In this document: positions 1 through 9,756 of the stretch, one piece after another
Position numbering within the stretch: position 1 is the stretch's first letter
Layout: each line of letters opens with the position of its first letter
Assembly (NCBI GenBank): GCA_003233455.1
Contig: QILQ01000012.1
Coordinates: 4,441 to 68,440 of the forward strand
Reading direction: 5' to 3'
Source: Candidatus Zambryskiibacteriota bacterium
GTDB taxonomy: Bacteria > Patescibacteriota > Minisyncoccia > Phycocordibacterales > WO2-35-19
Length of the DNA: 64,000 nucleotides
Position numbers and translations under genes: made by a program
The notes under the pieces: generated by a model
Seen by the model: the letters and a program-made list of their open reading frames with translations, nothing else
Told to the model about the DNA's origin: nothing
Databases searched by the model: none

Positions 1-218
1 TTTCGCCCCAGTGCCTCGGCAACAATCGCAGTTGTTCCGCTCCCCATAAATGGGTCAAAAACAATATCACCTTTATTACTTGCAGAAAGTAAGACTTGTT
101 GAATAAGTTTGAGTGGTTTTTGTGTGGGGTGTGCTTTCATTCCATTTTCATCTTTAAGTCTTTCTTTGCCCTTGCAAAGCCCAAAAATCCAATCTGTGTC
201 TTTCATTTGCTTTCTAAA
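1..218 (-). pseudogene. C-terminal fragment of CcrM/M.HinfI-like beta-class DNA adenine methyltransferase; runs off the window edge
   Basis: Hand translation of the minus strand gives KQMKDTDWIFGLCKGKERLKDENGMKAHPTQKP...VFDPFMGSGTTAIVAEALGR (HPTQKP plus SAM-binding FxGxG motif); an in-frame stop lies just upstream. Confidence 0.8.
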
Positions 219-228
219 TTAAACATTC

Positions 229-1047
229 TTAATTTCTAGATGAAAGTTTTTTTACTGTTGTATTTTCAACAAGTGATTTCATTTGAGCTATGGCCACTAA
301 GCTCTCTTTTTGTGATATTTCTTGTCGAATAAGCTCAGCGTTCATACTTTCCAGATTTGCCAAACAAACGAGCTGGTAAACATTCGCCTCATCACGAATA
401 TTACCTTTTTTATTTTTATTTTTATTTTTCTCTCGCCACTGCTTTGCCGTCATTCCAAAAAGTGCCATATTTAAGACGTCGGCTTCATTAGTATAAACAA
501 ATTTAGTTTCTTTGGTTGTTACCAAGTGCGGAACGATATGTTTTTTAATTGCATCTGTATGAATTTTATAATTTATTTTTGATAGTGTCCTTTTTACATC
601 CCAACCAAGCAATAATCTTTTGTTTTCGTCTTCTTTTAGTCTTTGAAACTCTTTGATAATGTAGAGTTCAAATTCTGCAGAAATCCAAGATGCAAATTTA
701 AAAGCAATATCTTTATGAGCAAAAGTTCCACCATTTCTTCCAGATTTTGAAATAAGTCCAATTGCATTTGTATTATTTATCCACTTACTAGGCGAAAGAA
801 CAAAAGCATTTGTTCCTGCGTTTTTCCAAAACTGGTCAAATTCGACCAGTTTAAAATCTGGATTATTTATTTTTTCCCAAAAACCAAGAAATTCAATGGT
901 GTTTTTTGATCTCAACCAATTTTTCACTATATCCGCTGGGGCTTCTGCATTTTTATATTTAGCAATATCAGTAAGCGAAATAAAATCCTCCTCTTTTTGA
1001 GAGAAAAAATTGATATTTACATTTTTGACGATTAATTCTTTTTTCAT
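229..1047 (-). CDS. KilA-N domain DNA-binding protein
   Basis: DFISLTDIAKYK...NWLR...GRNGGTFAHKDIAFKFASWISAEF signature. Confidence 0.9.
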   Translation of the reverse strand: MKKELIVKNVNINFFSQKEEDFISLTDIAKYKNAEAPADIVKNWLRSKNTIEFLGFWEKINNPDFKLVEFDQFWKNAGTNAFVLSPSKWINNTNAIGLISKSGRNGGTFAHKDIAFKFASWISAEFELYIIKEFQRLKEDENKRLLLGWDVKRTLSKINYKIHTDAIKKHIVPHLVTTKETKFVYTNEADVLNMALFGMTAKQWREKNKNKNKKGNIRDEANVYQLVCLANLESMNAELIRQEISQKESLVAIAQMKSLVENTTVKKLSSRN

Positions 1048-1058
1048 AAATTATATAT

Positions 1059-1709
1059 TTAAGTATGTAAAAATATTTTATTGCGATGATATTCTAAGTA
1101 TTCCTCCCTTCCTGCAACTGGTAAATCTTCAAATCGTTGTCCCGAGTGTATATTCAATCTATCAATATTTTTCTGTGCAAGTGTCACAGAAATTATAATT
1201 TCTTTACTATTTGAGAATGTTATAAATCCTCTATCAAACAACTTATCAAATGTTGGGCTAAACAAAAAACCATTTTTTGTATCCAATCTTTCTCGATTGT
1301 CTGACATTACCCACGGCTTTATGTGGCTTGCGTTTAATATTCTTGGGTCATCAATTTTTGTAATGGGGCATCTTTTTAAGGTTAAAATTAATTTTTTTCT
1401 AAATTGAGCCTGTCCAATTCTTATTTTTGTAATAACATCTTTCGTTGTTATTTTAACTTCTAATTTTCCCTCTGGAAGAACCAAGTTATTTTCATCATAC
1501 TCAAAAAGAGCAAATGTTCCTTCTTCAATTTTTTTAAAAGATTTTTTATTTTTTATTTCCCGATACAAAACACCACGAATTCCAGCTTGCCATTCACGAG
1601 ACGTTTTTGCTTCGGGATAATATTTTTCGATTTCATTATAAATAATCTCCCAAGTGGCAATGCCACCATTGTCTTCAAGTAATTTTTTAATTGCTTCAAC
1701 TTTTGTCAT
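1059..1709 (-). CDS. HNH endonuclease with N-terminal winged-helix-like domain (putative restriction nuclease)
   Basis: RIGQAQFR..CPIT..LNASHIKPW...NGFLFSPTFDKLFDRGFITF..YLEYHR; start placed at MTKVE. Confidence 0.8.
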   Translation of the reverse strand: MTKVEAIKKLLEDNGGIATWEIIYNEIEKYYPEAKTSREWQAGIRGVLYREIKNKKSFKKIEEGTFALFEYDENNLVLPEGKLEVKITTKDVITKIRIGQAQFRKKLILTLKRCPITKIDDPRILNASHIKPWVMSDNRERLDTKNGFLFSPTFDKLFDRGFITFSNSKEIIISVTLAQKNIDRLNIHSGQRFEDLPVAGREEYLEYHRNKIFLHT

Positions 1710-1860
1710 ATTCTTTTTCATTAACTTTATTTTTAATCTCAACAATATCATTGCGATTAATATCTAAAACTTCAGCTATGGTTTCAAAAAACATTCCATG
1801 ATCTCTTAAGTTTTCACAGGTCTCGGATGAACATCTGATTTGAATTGTAATTTTATCCAT
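1696..1860 (-). CDS. small hypothetical protein (54 aa)
   Basis: Hand translation MDKITIQIRCSSETCENLRDHGMFFETIAEVLDINRNDIVEIKNKVNEKEYDKS; its stop overlaps the HNH start. Confidence 0.45.
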   Translation of the reverse strand: MDKITIQIRCSSETCENLRDHGMFFETIAEVLDINRNDIVEIKNKVNEKEYDKS

Positions 1861-1867
1861 ATCTTTA

Positions 1868-2642
<775 letters not shown>

Positions 2643-2739
2643 ATTTTTAGTTAAAGTTATCAATACAGACATTATATCATGGTCTTGTGTTTTGACACAA
2701 TGATAATTTACAACACAAGTGTAAAAATATGATAGCGAA

Positions 2740-2970
2740 CCCGAACGACAAAACCATTTCCTTACCTTTCTTTTCTTTCGGTGGAGGGGTCTGGGGAGGA
2801 GCCGAACAAAAAATTGAAAGGAAATGGTTTTGGTCGGGTGGTCGCCCGAGGTACGAGGGCGACGGTGCGGTGGAGTTGAGAGAGTTACCACTAAACTCTG
2901 CCTGCGGAGAGAGTGGTCAGAATTATTTCAGGCTCTCGCCGTGGGGCGTGCGCCCGCAGGTGCACGCATT
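2740..2970 (+). other. GC-rich multi-hairpin element (possible ncRNA or mobile-element end)
   Basis: 15-bp perfect inverted repeat 2749-2763/2818-2832, plus hairpins GTCGCCC/GGGCGAC and GCGTGCGCC/GGTGCACGC. Confidence 0.5.
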
Positions 2971-2986
2971 AAACAGCACGCACTTC

Positions 2987-3060
2987 TGGTGCGGGATGGG
3001 GTAATCGAAACCCCGACTCAAGTTTGGAAAACTCGCATTTTACCACTAAACTAATCCCGC
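2987..3060 (-). tRNA. tRNA-Gly(TCC)
   Basis: Cloverleaf GCGGGAT...ATCCCGC-A-CCA; anticodon loop TTTCCAA. Confidence 0.93.
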
Positions 3061-3105
3061 AATACAAGCCATTTTAACATATTTTGTGATAACATCTAAT
3101 TAATT

Positions 3106-3177
3106 GTCGCCGTAGTTCAATGGATAGAACAAGACACTCCTAACGTCTAGATGCAGGTCCGATTCCTGCCGGTGGCA
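3106..3177 (+). tRNA. tRNA-Arg(CCT)
   Basis: Cloverleaf with anticodon loop CTCCTAA; T-loop variant TCCGATT. Confidence 0.88.
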
Positions 3178-3190
3178 CATTATGCAAATC

Positions 3191-3214
3191 AAAAATCCCC
3201 GGAAGGGGATTTTT
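3191..3214. terminator. bidirectional intrinsic terminator
   Basis: AAAAATCCCC-GGAA-GGGGATTTTT between convergent tRNA-Arg and hup. Confidence 0.85.
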
Positions 3215-3266
3215 GATAAGTGAGAACAAAAGAATTTGTTCTTTGTAAGACGCTATGCGTCTTAAT

Positions 3267-3539
3267 TTACCGAACCGCTTCTTTCAAAGCTTTAGCGGCA
3301 CGAAACTTGGGAACTCTCATCGCCGGCACTTCTACGGCTTCGCCAGTGCGAGGATTTCTAGCCGTCCTAGCTGCTCTTTGCTTAGTTGAGAATATGCCTA
3401 ATCCGGCAATTGAAACTTCGCCCCCTCCTTTAAGAGCATCAACAATATCGTTTATAATAGTTTCAACCACTTCTTCGGATTGAACTTTAGTTCCACCAAG
3501 TTTTGTATGAACGGAATTTGCTAAATCTGCTTTATTCAT
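3267..3539 (-). CDS. hup: DNA-binding protein HU
   Basis: MNKADL...GLGIFSTKQRAARTARNPRTGE...PKFRAAKALK. Confidence 0.95.
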   Translation of the reverse strand: MNKADLANSVHTKLGGTKVQSEEVVETIINDIVDALKGGGEVSIAGLGIFSTKQRAARTARNPRTGEAVEVPAMRVPKFRAAKALKEAVR

Positions 3540-3739
3540 TTTTTATAAAGATTAAAATTTTTATAATTGCTCGACCCTTCACACTTTTTAAAACGGACAA
3601 TCTCGAGAGTCGTCCGTTCTTCCTTCGCTTATAAGTATATATTTAATAGTCTTTTTGGCAATACCTTGACTACTTGCCTGTGGATAGGTCTTGTTATAGA
3701 TAAAAACTTTTAGATTTAATCTTTTCATAAGTAAACGAA

Positions 3740-3779
3740 GACCTGAAACATAATCAGCACTTACGTTTCGGGTTTTTTT
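3740..3779 (+). terminator. plus-strand terminator-like hairpin facing the hepT 3' end
   Basis: ACCTGAAAC...GTTTCGGGT followed by a T run on the + strand only. Confidence 0.5.
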
Positions 3780-4113
3780 ATTTTTTAGAATCTAAATATT
3801 TTTGAAGTTCTGTTTTAAGAGTAGGAATTTCTTCAACCACAGTTTTCCAAACCATTTTCAAACTAATATTAAAATATTCGTGAACCGCCATATTTCGAAA
3901 TCCCAAAATTTTAAACCAAGGAAGTTCTACTTTTAATCTTGTCTCTTCTGATATTTTCCTTGCATCCTCTCCAATAACAACTAATTGCATAATAATAGCA
4001 CTTTGTGTTTTTTGATCAGATAAAAAAATTTCTTGTTTTTGATCCTTAATAAAACTTTCTATTTTAGAAACAGAGTCAAGAATTCTTAATATGTAAACTT
4101 TTTCATTTTTCAT
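3778..4113 (-). CDS. HepT-like HEPN RNase toxin (DUF86)
   Basis: LPWFKILGFRNMAVHEYF (RX4H HEPN motif). Confidence 0.9.
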   Translation of the reverse strand: MKNEKVYILRILDSVSKIESFIKDQKQEIFLSDQKTQSAIIMQLVVIGEDARKISEETRLKVELPWFKILGFRNMAVHEYFNISLKMVWKTVVEEIPTLKTELQKYLDSKK

Positions 4114-4390
4114 ATATAGTTTTAAGTTCAGGAACAATGTAGGGTTTCATAAATTTATCAATACTATCTTCAGTTACCACATCAACATCTCTGCCTAGAG
4201 CTTTTATTAAATCTTCTTTTAAATCCATAAAAGTAAACAAGCTTAGTGACTTACCAAGTCTGACTACTAAATCTACATCACTATCTTCCCTCTGTTCACC
4301 ACGAGAGAAAGAGCCAAATATATCAGCTTTAGTAATACCGTATTTTTCTAATACGGGAAATATTTTAATTTTGATATCATCAATATTCAT
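4103..4390 (-). CDS. MntA-like minimal nucleotidyltransferase antitoxin
   Basis: IFGSFSRGEQREDSDVDLVV motif; overlaps hepT. Confidence 0.9.
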   Translation of the reverse strand: MNIDDIKIKIFPVLEKYGITKADIFGSFSRGEQREDSDVDLVVRLGKSLSLFTFMDLKEDLIKALGRDVDVVTEDSIDKFMKPYIVPELKTIYEK

Positions 4391-4409
4391 GACAATATTA
4401 TATCATAAT

Positions 4410-4754
4410 TTAAGATGTTTTTGAGATAATTTTTTTGAAAGTTTCTGGAGAAGTGGCTGCAATTTCAGAAAGCATTTTACGATTTAAAAGAATTTTAGCA
4501 GTTTTTAGTGACCCTATAAATTTACTATAAGTAAGACCGCTCTCACGCAAAACAGAATTCAAACGAACATTCCAAAGTCTTCTAAAGTCTCCTTTTTTAT
4601 CTCTGCGATGAGCAAAAGCATAAGTGCCGGCATGAACAATGGCCTCATAAGCTTGCTTTTCTTTCTTTGATCGTCCAAAACGATAACCTTTTACCTGTTT
4701 TAACACATTCCTTCTTGTTTTTAGAGCGTTAACTCCTTTTTTTACTCTTGACAT
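4410..4754 (-). CDS. rplT: 50S ribosomal protein L20
   Basis: MSRVKKG...AHRRDKKGDFRRLWNVRLN; infC-rpmI-rplT order. Confidence 0.97.
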   Translation of the reverse strand: MSRVKKGVNALKTRRNVLKQVKGYRFGRSKKEKQAYEAIVHAGTYAFAHRRDKKGDFRRLWNVRLNSVLRESGLTYSKFIGSLKTAKILLNRKMLSEIAATSPETFKKIISKTS

Positions 4755-4756
4755 AA

Positions 4757-4942
4757 TTATTGATTATTAAGATATCTGCTTTTATTTTTATTTGTCATAC
4801 TAAAAACAACTTGCCTGCGTTTTTTAAGGGTTGTTTTAGTTCTATTTTTAGCGTTAAAATGATTTTGACCAATTTTTCTAGTCATTAATTTTCCATTTTT
4901 AGTTACTCTAATACGTTTTGAATAAGATTTATTTGTTTTCAT
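4757..4942 (-). CDS. rpmI: 50S ribosomal protein L35
   Basis: MKTNKSYSKRIRVTKNGK; synteny. Confidence 0.92.
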   Translation of the reverse strand: MKTNKSYSKRIRVTKNGKLMTRKIGQNHFNAKNRTKTTLKKRRQVVFSMTNKNKSRYLNNQ

Positions 4943-4985
4943 AGACTCATATATTTTGCATAAATATGTTTATCTGTCAAATTTA

Positions 4986-5498
4986 TTATTTGGCTTTTTC
5001 TATTATCGCCGTCATTCCCTTCGGACTTTTTTTGGGTTCCTCGGCTATTTTAAAATCTTCTGATATCAATTTAAAGAATCTTTCCATTCTTTCTCTCAAA
5101 AAAGTGGTATCCATATACTTAGTTCTACCCGGCAGAAATAAATTTATTTTTACTCGATGACCATTTTTAAGCCATTCAGAAGTCTTTTTAGCTTTAAGAT
5201 TTAGGTCGTGTTCACCGGTGCCAACCTTAATCTGAAGACTTTTCATTTCAACCACGCGTGTTTTAGATTTTATGACTTTCTGTTTTTTATTTTCAGTATA
5301 TAAGAACTTGCCATAGTTAACAATTTTTGCGATTGGCGGTCTAGCGTTTGGCGATATTTCTATCAAATCAAGTCCCTGATCTAAAGCTTTGTTTATTGCT
5401 TCTCTAGTTGAGACCACTCCGAAGTTTTCTCCTTCGGGTCCAATAAGACGAACTTCCGTCGCCTTAATATTATTATTTATTCTATATTTGATAGCCAA
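4986..5498 (-). CDS. infC: translation initiation factor IF-3 (TTG start)
   Basis: RINNNIKATEVRLIG...GLDLIEISPNARPPIAKIVNYGKFLY. Confidence 0.95.
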   Translation of the reverse strand: MAIKYRINNNIKATEVRLIGPEGENFGVVSTREAINKALDQGLDLIEISPNARPPIAKIVNYGKFLYTENKKQKVIKSKTRVVEMKSLQIKVGTGEHDLNLKAKKTSEWLKNGHRVKINLFLPGRTKYMDTTFLRERMERFFKLISEDFKIAEEPKKSPKGMTAIIEKAK

Positions 5499-5554
5499 AA
5501 ATTATAAATTATTTCTAAAGACAATTAGAGTGTAGCATTTTTATTTATTTCTGT

Positions 5555-6508
5555 CTAAAAAGGATTTCTGGCGCCACGGATTTCAAAGTGAACATGAGGA
5601 CCGGTAGACTTACCAGTGGTGCCAATAAAAGCGATAACTTGTCCTTGTTTTACAGTTTCTCCTACCGAAACTTTATTTCTACTATTATGAGCATATAAAG
5701 TTTGGGTGCCATTTTTATGTCTAAGAACTACATAATTACCATAACCACCATTCCAACCACCAAATTTGCTAATTATCACTTTTCCATCAGCAGAAGCCAG
5801 TATCGGAGCACCAACTGAAGTGGCAAGGTCAACAGCATTATGTCCGTGGATACCTTGAGTTTTTCTGCCACCAACAATCGGTCTTAAATAATAACCTTTA
5901 TATTCTTTAATACCAGAAGAACCGGATGGACTTAAATAACTGGCATAAGATGGGGTGGATATTTCTCCGTCTGGAATTATGATAACAGAACCGACTTTTA
6001 GAGAATCTCCTTTCTTTAAATCGTTGTAAACTATTATTTCATTCATATCTCCTTTATATTTTTTGGCTATAGAAGAAAGAGTATCCTTTTTGACAACAAC
6101 ATGTTTAACTCCAGAAATAGGCAAGATCACCAAAGTTTCTCCAACTTTTAGAATATTAGAAGGAAGGTTATTACCCCATTTTATGGTATTTACCGTCACA
6201 TTAAACATTTCAGCTATTTGAGAAAGAGTATCTCCCGAACGAACCACGTAAGTGCTTATCTGGTCGCTAACAATCTTTGGTATCTCCGAAACAGAACCGG
6301 CGGGACCAATATTGGACACCAAAGCATTGTCTTTAACTTCCGGAATATAAGAAATATTATTACCGAGCGGAGCAACTACCGCTACCAAAAGAGCCATATT
6401 TTGAATATTTTTATTAGGAACTAGATTTTTGCTATCCGAACCTCTCCAAAGAATATTAAATAGACCAGCAGATACCGAGATTGGCAATAGTAAAATAACT
6501 AACACCAA
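5555..6508 (-). CDS. LysM x2 plus M23 peptidase
   Basis: YVVRSGDTLSQIA LysM; HNAVDL, LYAH and TGPHVHFE M23 motifs. Confidence 0.92.
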   Translation of the reverse strand: MVLVILLLPISVSAGLFNILWRGSDSKNLVPNKNIQNMALLVAVVAPLGNNISYIPEVKDNALVSNIGPAGSVSEIPKIVSDQISTYVVRSGDTLSQIAEMFNVTVNTIKWGNNLPSNILKVGETLVILPISGVKHVVVKKDTLSSIAKKYKGDMNEIIVYNDLKKGDSLKVGSVIIIPDGEISTPSYASYLSPSGSSGIKEYKGYYLRPIVGGRKTQGIHGHNAVDLATSVGAPILASADGKVIISKFGGWNGGYGNYVVLRHKNGTQTLYAHNSRNKVSVGETVKQGQVIAFIGTTGKSTGPHVHFEIRGARNPF

Positions 6509-6727
6509 AAATAACTTTTTTAAATTAAAAAAAGATTTTAAATTGATATTTCGCCTGATTTTCGTTAAAAAATAACGTTTATTTGAATCAGGGTCATCGG
6601 GAATTTTTAAAATAAGCCTAAGGTTAATGATAATTCAGGATTTTCTGGAAAATATTGCTCAACAGAGCCATATTTCAGTATTTCTGCAAATTACAAACAC
6701 GCTCAAAATTGTATCAAAACATACTTC

Positions 6728-6781
6728 TTAGTCAACCATAAATGTGAATAATTTATTATATGATTTTAGGATTTGGTGTTA
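6728..6781 (+). repeat. 54-bp direct repeat, copy 1 (promoter region)
   Basis: Identical to 8511-8564. Confidence 0.9.
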
Positions 6782-6797
6782 TACTGAGTTCATTAGA

Positions 6798-7367
6798 ATG
6801 AGTAATCAATTCAAAACATTTTTGAAATTTGCTGGTTTGGCAGTAATTATTATTATTATTCCAATTATTTCCGACTTATTAGGGAAGAATATTATAGAAT
6901 GGTTTTTTCTTCCCGCCGTAGTAATTTTTCTTTTTTTAATCTGGCGTAAATTATCTCCAAAATTAAAAAGTAAAAATCCAGTAGCTGAAAATATTCCCGC
7001 AATAATCAGCTGGCAAAGACAACTTATTTCCTCTCTTATTTTATCCATAGTGGTCTTTTTGGGTTTTGCCATGTTGGTATTTATCTTAATGCCTGTTCTT
7101 GTGGACTTGGCAGTTTTTATTGCTAATATAATAGGAGGGGTTATTACTAATATTATACTTCAGATACTTTTAATACCTTTTTTAATAATTATAATAGCCA
7201 GATGGATTTCAACGATAAAACATTCCATATTGGTGAGATCAGACGACTTTGCCAGAAAATCTGCCGAAAAAAGAATTATAAAACTGTCATTAGCTATAGG
7301 AGTAGTAGTTCTTATTGAAATTGGTCTTTTCTTTGGAAATATGGTGTTCGGTTTGATCGGTCTTTAA
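6798..7367 (+). CDS. hypothetical multi-pass membrane protein
   Basis: About five hydrophobic segments; start placed at MSNQF. Confidence 0.7.
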   Translation: MSNQFKTFLKFAGLAVIIIIIPIISDLLGKNIIEWFFLPAVVIFLFLIWRKLSPKLKSKNPVAENIPAIISWQRQLISSLILSIVVFLGFAMLVFILMPVLVDLAVFIANIIGGVITNIILQILLIPFLIIIIARWISTIKHSILVRSDDFARKSAEKRIIKLSLAIGVVVLIEIGLFFGNMVFGLIGL

Positions 7368-7500
7368 ATGTAACCGAGTTTTTGATAATTTTTTATTGCA
7401 TAGATGTTCCCGAAAGCAAAACAGATACTGGTTGGTGGATTCTCCTTTTATTGAAATAAAGATATTATAAAATCGTTAGTAGGTAGAATTAATTAAAAGT

Positions 7501-8421
7501 ATGGATTTACAAGAAACAAATCAAAATTTAAACGAGCAGTTTGGGTCAGAGGTTTTTAAAGAAGAAAAAAGACTTAAACGGTGGCAGGCCTGGGTCATGT
7601 ATTTCATAGCGGTTGTTTTCTTGGGCGTTTTGGTTTTTGTGGGGCGTAGTTATTATGCAAACTACAAGGATCAAATGATTATTTCTGCAGTAACAGAGTC
7701 CTTGAGATATATTGACGAGTATAAAAAACAATTTGGTATGTACCCTTCGGGCAAAAATTTTTATGAGAGTTTTTATTATAAAAATTATCCCAAAGAAAAT
7801 AATTTAATAGTGCCTCGAGTTATGTATAGCGACGGAGTTTATCCTTATTCCCAAGTAAAAAATAATCCCGGATTTGCCGGACAAAAAAAAGCCCTTAAAT
7901 CTGTTCAAGAAGAAATGAGAGTGTTTGAAATTAGTTATTTTCTTTCCAAGGATCGATTATATCGAATTGGAGAAAAATGCACAGGCTCGAATGTAATAGG
8001 GTCGCCAATAGATTATTATTGTATTTTAGGAGCGAAAATTAATATTTCTAGCTGGCAAACATACCGCAATGATAAATATGGGCTTGAAATTATGTACCCA
8101 AATAATTGGTTTATTAAGGATAACAATAGAGGCGCCAATTGGGCAATATTTTTACAAGATAAAAAATATGAAAATGATAAAATTAATCCTTCCGGTCTGG
8201 CTATAGCCGATGCGGAGAATACAGACTTAAGTGGTGCAAAAAATAAAAGAGTTTTTGATATAAATGATACACACAGTACAAATTTTCTTGAGAAAGTTAT
8301 AAGTATATATTTTACAGATAATTCAAAAACATTTTTTGCAACATGTACATCCGATATCAATATTTGCAACCAAATCCTCTCCACATTCCGGTTTTTAGGG
8401 CCGGAAACCGAATCCAATTAA
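7501..8421 (+). CDS. membrane-anchored hypothetical protein with PsbP-like C-terminal domain
   Basis: N-terminal TM; WQTYRNDKYGLEIMYPNNW ... NQILSTFRF motif pair. Confidence 0.65.
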   Translation: MDLQETNQNLNEQFGSEVFKEEKRLKRWQAWVMYFIAVVFLGVLVFVGRSYYANYKDQMIISAVTESLRYIDEYKKQFGMYPSGKNFYESFYYKNYPKENNLIVPRVMYSDGVYPYSQVKNNPGFAGQKKALKSVQEEMRVFEISYFLSKDRLYRIGEKCTGSNVIGSPIDYYCILGAKINISSWQTYRNDKYGLEIMYPNNWFIKDNNRGANWAIFLQDKKYENDKINPSGLAIADAENTDLSGAKNKRVFDINDTHSTNFLEKVISIYFTDNSKTFFATCTSDINICNQILSTFRFLGPETESN

Positions 8422-8510
8422 TTGAAATTAAGATATTATGGACAAAAAAGATTTAAAAATAGTAGGTCAGCAAGAGCAACCACAATCAAAGTTGTAGCAA
8501 AATAGAGTCT

Positions 8511-8564
8511 TTAGTCAACCATAAATGTGAATAATTTATTATATGATTTTAGGATTTGGTGTTA
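8511..8564 (+). repeat. 54-bp direct repeat, copy 2
   Basis: Identical to 6728-6781. Confidence 0.9.
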
Positions 8565-8681
8565 CACTAAATTTATTAAAAATGGTATTATAACTTTATG
8601 GAATGAGTAAGTAAGTAGGGCAGGCGGACCAACCAACAACCGAATCTTGTTTAATATTTTATACGTTAAGTTAAAAAATCT

Positions 8682-9074
8682 ATGTCAAAAAATTATTTTG
8701 TAAAAATTCTGTCATATTTCATTTTCGCTCAAGCAGTTTTTGTGTTTTATAAATTTATTCCGATGTTATTTCAGTGGTATAGTCCCGAGGCAATATTTCT
8801 ACTCCCATGGGGTTTAGCGATAACGGACGGCATTCTCGCGACAATTACAGGAATTGGAATTTTACTCAAAAAAAAGTGGGGGATAATTTTTTATTTTATT
8901 TTTGCCATATTTCCAATACTGGCGGCAATTTTTCTTTCACAGATAGCCGGTCTTATAATCAGAACAAAACTACCGGGGATTAGTGAAAACTGGCTTGTGA
9001 TTACTAATACTATTTTTGCATTTTATATTCTATTTAGTGAATGGAAAGAGTGGACAACACAAAAGAAAAGCTAA
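8682..9074 (+). CDS. hypothetical membrane protein (about 4 TM)
   Basis: Hydrophobic 130-aa ORF. Confidence 0.65.
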   Translation: MSKNYFVKILSYFIFAQAVFVFYKFIPMLFQWYSPEAIFLLPWGLAITDGILATITGIGILLKKKWGIIFYFIFAIFPILAAIFLSQIAGLIIRTKLPGISENWLVITNTIFAFYILFSEWKEWTTQKKS

Positions 9075-9110
9075 CGGATAAATAGTTAAAATTATAATTT
9101 TTTTCAAATT

Positions 9111-9347
9111 ATGGGTTAAAAAGGAATTACAAAAATTGTTTTAATTTGGGTCGTAACAATAATGGCCCTTGTTGATTTTATTAGTTTTGTTATTTATCGC
9201 ACAATGGCCAGTTTCAGCTTTGGCGAATTGATATTTTCTATATCCCATATAGTGACAGTCTCTTTGATATATTCAACTTTAGTTGGACTAATTGGTTCTT
9301 TTTTTATTGGTTGGTTAGGCGAAAATCTGAATATAGAAAAAATTTAA
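9111..9347 (+). pseudogene. membrane protein remnant
   Basis: ATG GGT TAA at 9111 is in frame with hydrophobic ORF 9162-9347. Confidence 0.4.
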
Positions 9348-9464
9348 AAAAGATATTTCTTATTACCTTTTTAATTTCTATTTTAATATTTCTAATATGG
9401 TATACAATTAGTAGTCTTTCATTAATTCAAAAACATTTTTGAAATTCTCTGATAAGATAGTAAT

Positions 9465-9680
9465 ATGAAAAAAGATTTTGGAAACTGGCACAATAAAAAA
9501 GATAAATTAGAAAATATAGAAAAAAGACCGTTTTTTAAAGAAAGAGAAATTTGGTTTTGTTATCTTGGTTTAAATATTGGAGACGAAGAAGATGGAAAAA
9601 GATTGGGTTATAAAATTGGCGAGATAAGTAAAAATGATTTTTCTGAATTAAAAAGAAAACTCAAGAAATTACTTCCTTGA
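9465..9680 (+). pseudogene. PemK/MazF-like toxin with in-frame internal deletion
   Basis: FFKEREIWFCYLGLNIGDEEDGK is joined directly to RLGYKIGEIS; the RP-containing core is missing. Confidence 0.7.
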
Positions 9681-9681
9681 G

Positions 9682-9731
9682 ATTCTTTTTACCTCTGTCT
9701 TGCGACAGAGTCGGACCGAAGCCATTTGTGA
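9682..9731 (-). ncRNA. candidate small RNA convergent to the PemK-like gene
   Basis: Minus-strand TTGACA-16-(TG)TACACT promoter (9763-9736), then GGC-TTCG-GTC and CTCTGTC-GCAA-GACAGAG hairpins. Confidence 0.55.
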
Positions 9732-9756
9732 ATATAGTGTAGCAAAATCAAAAAAA

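Noticed and set aside
2643-3054. ORFs 2729-3004 and 2824-3054, and the long N-terminus of 2433-2891
   Set aside because: Open frames arise from the GC-rich hairpin element and tRNA-Gly; no protein motifs.
9700-9756. TTG-start extension of pcrA
   Set aside because: It overlaps the hairpin and promoter region; the ATG at 9757 fits UvrD N-termini.
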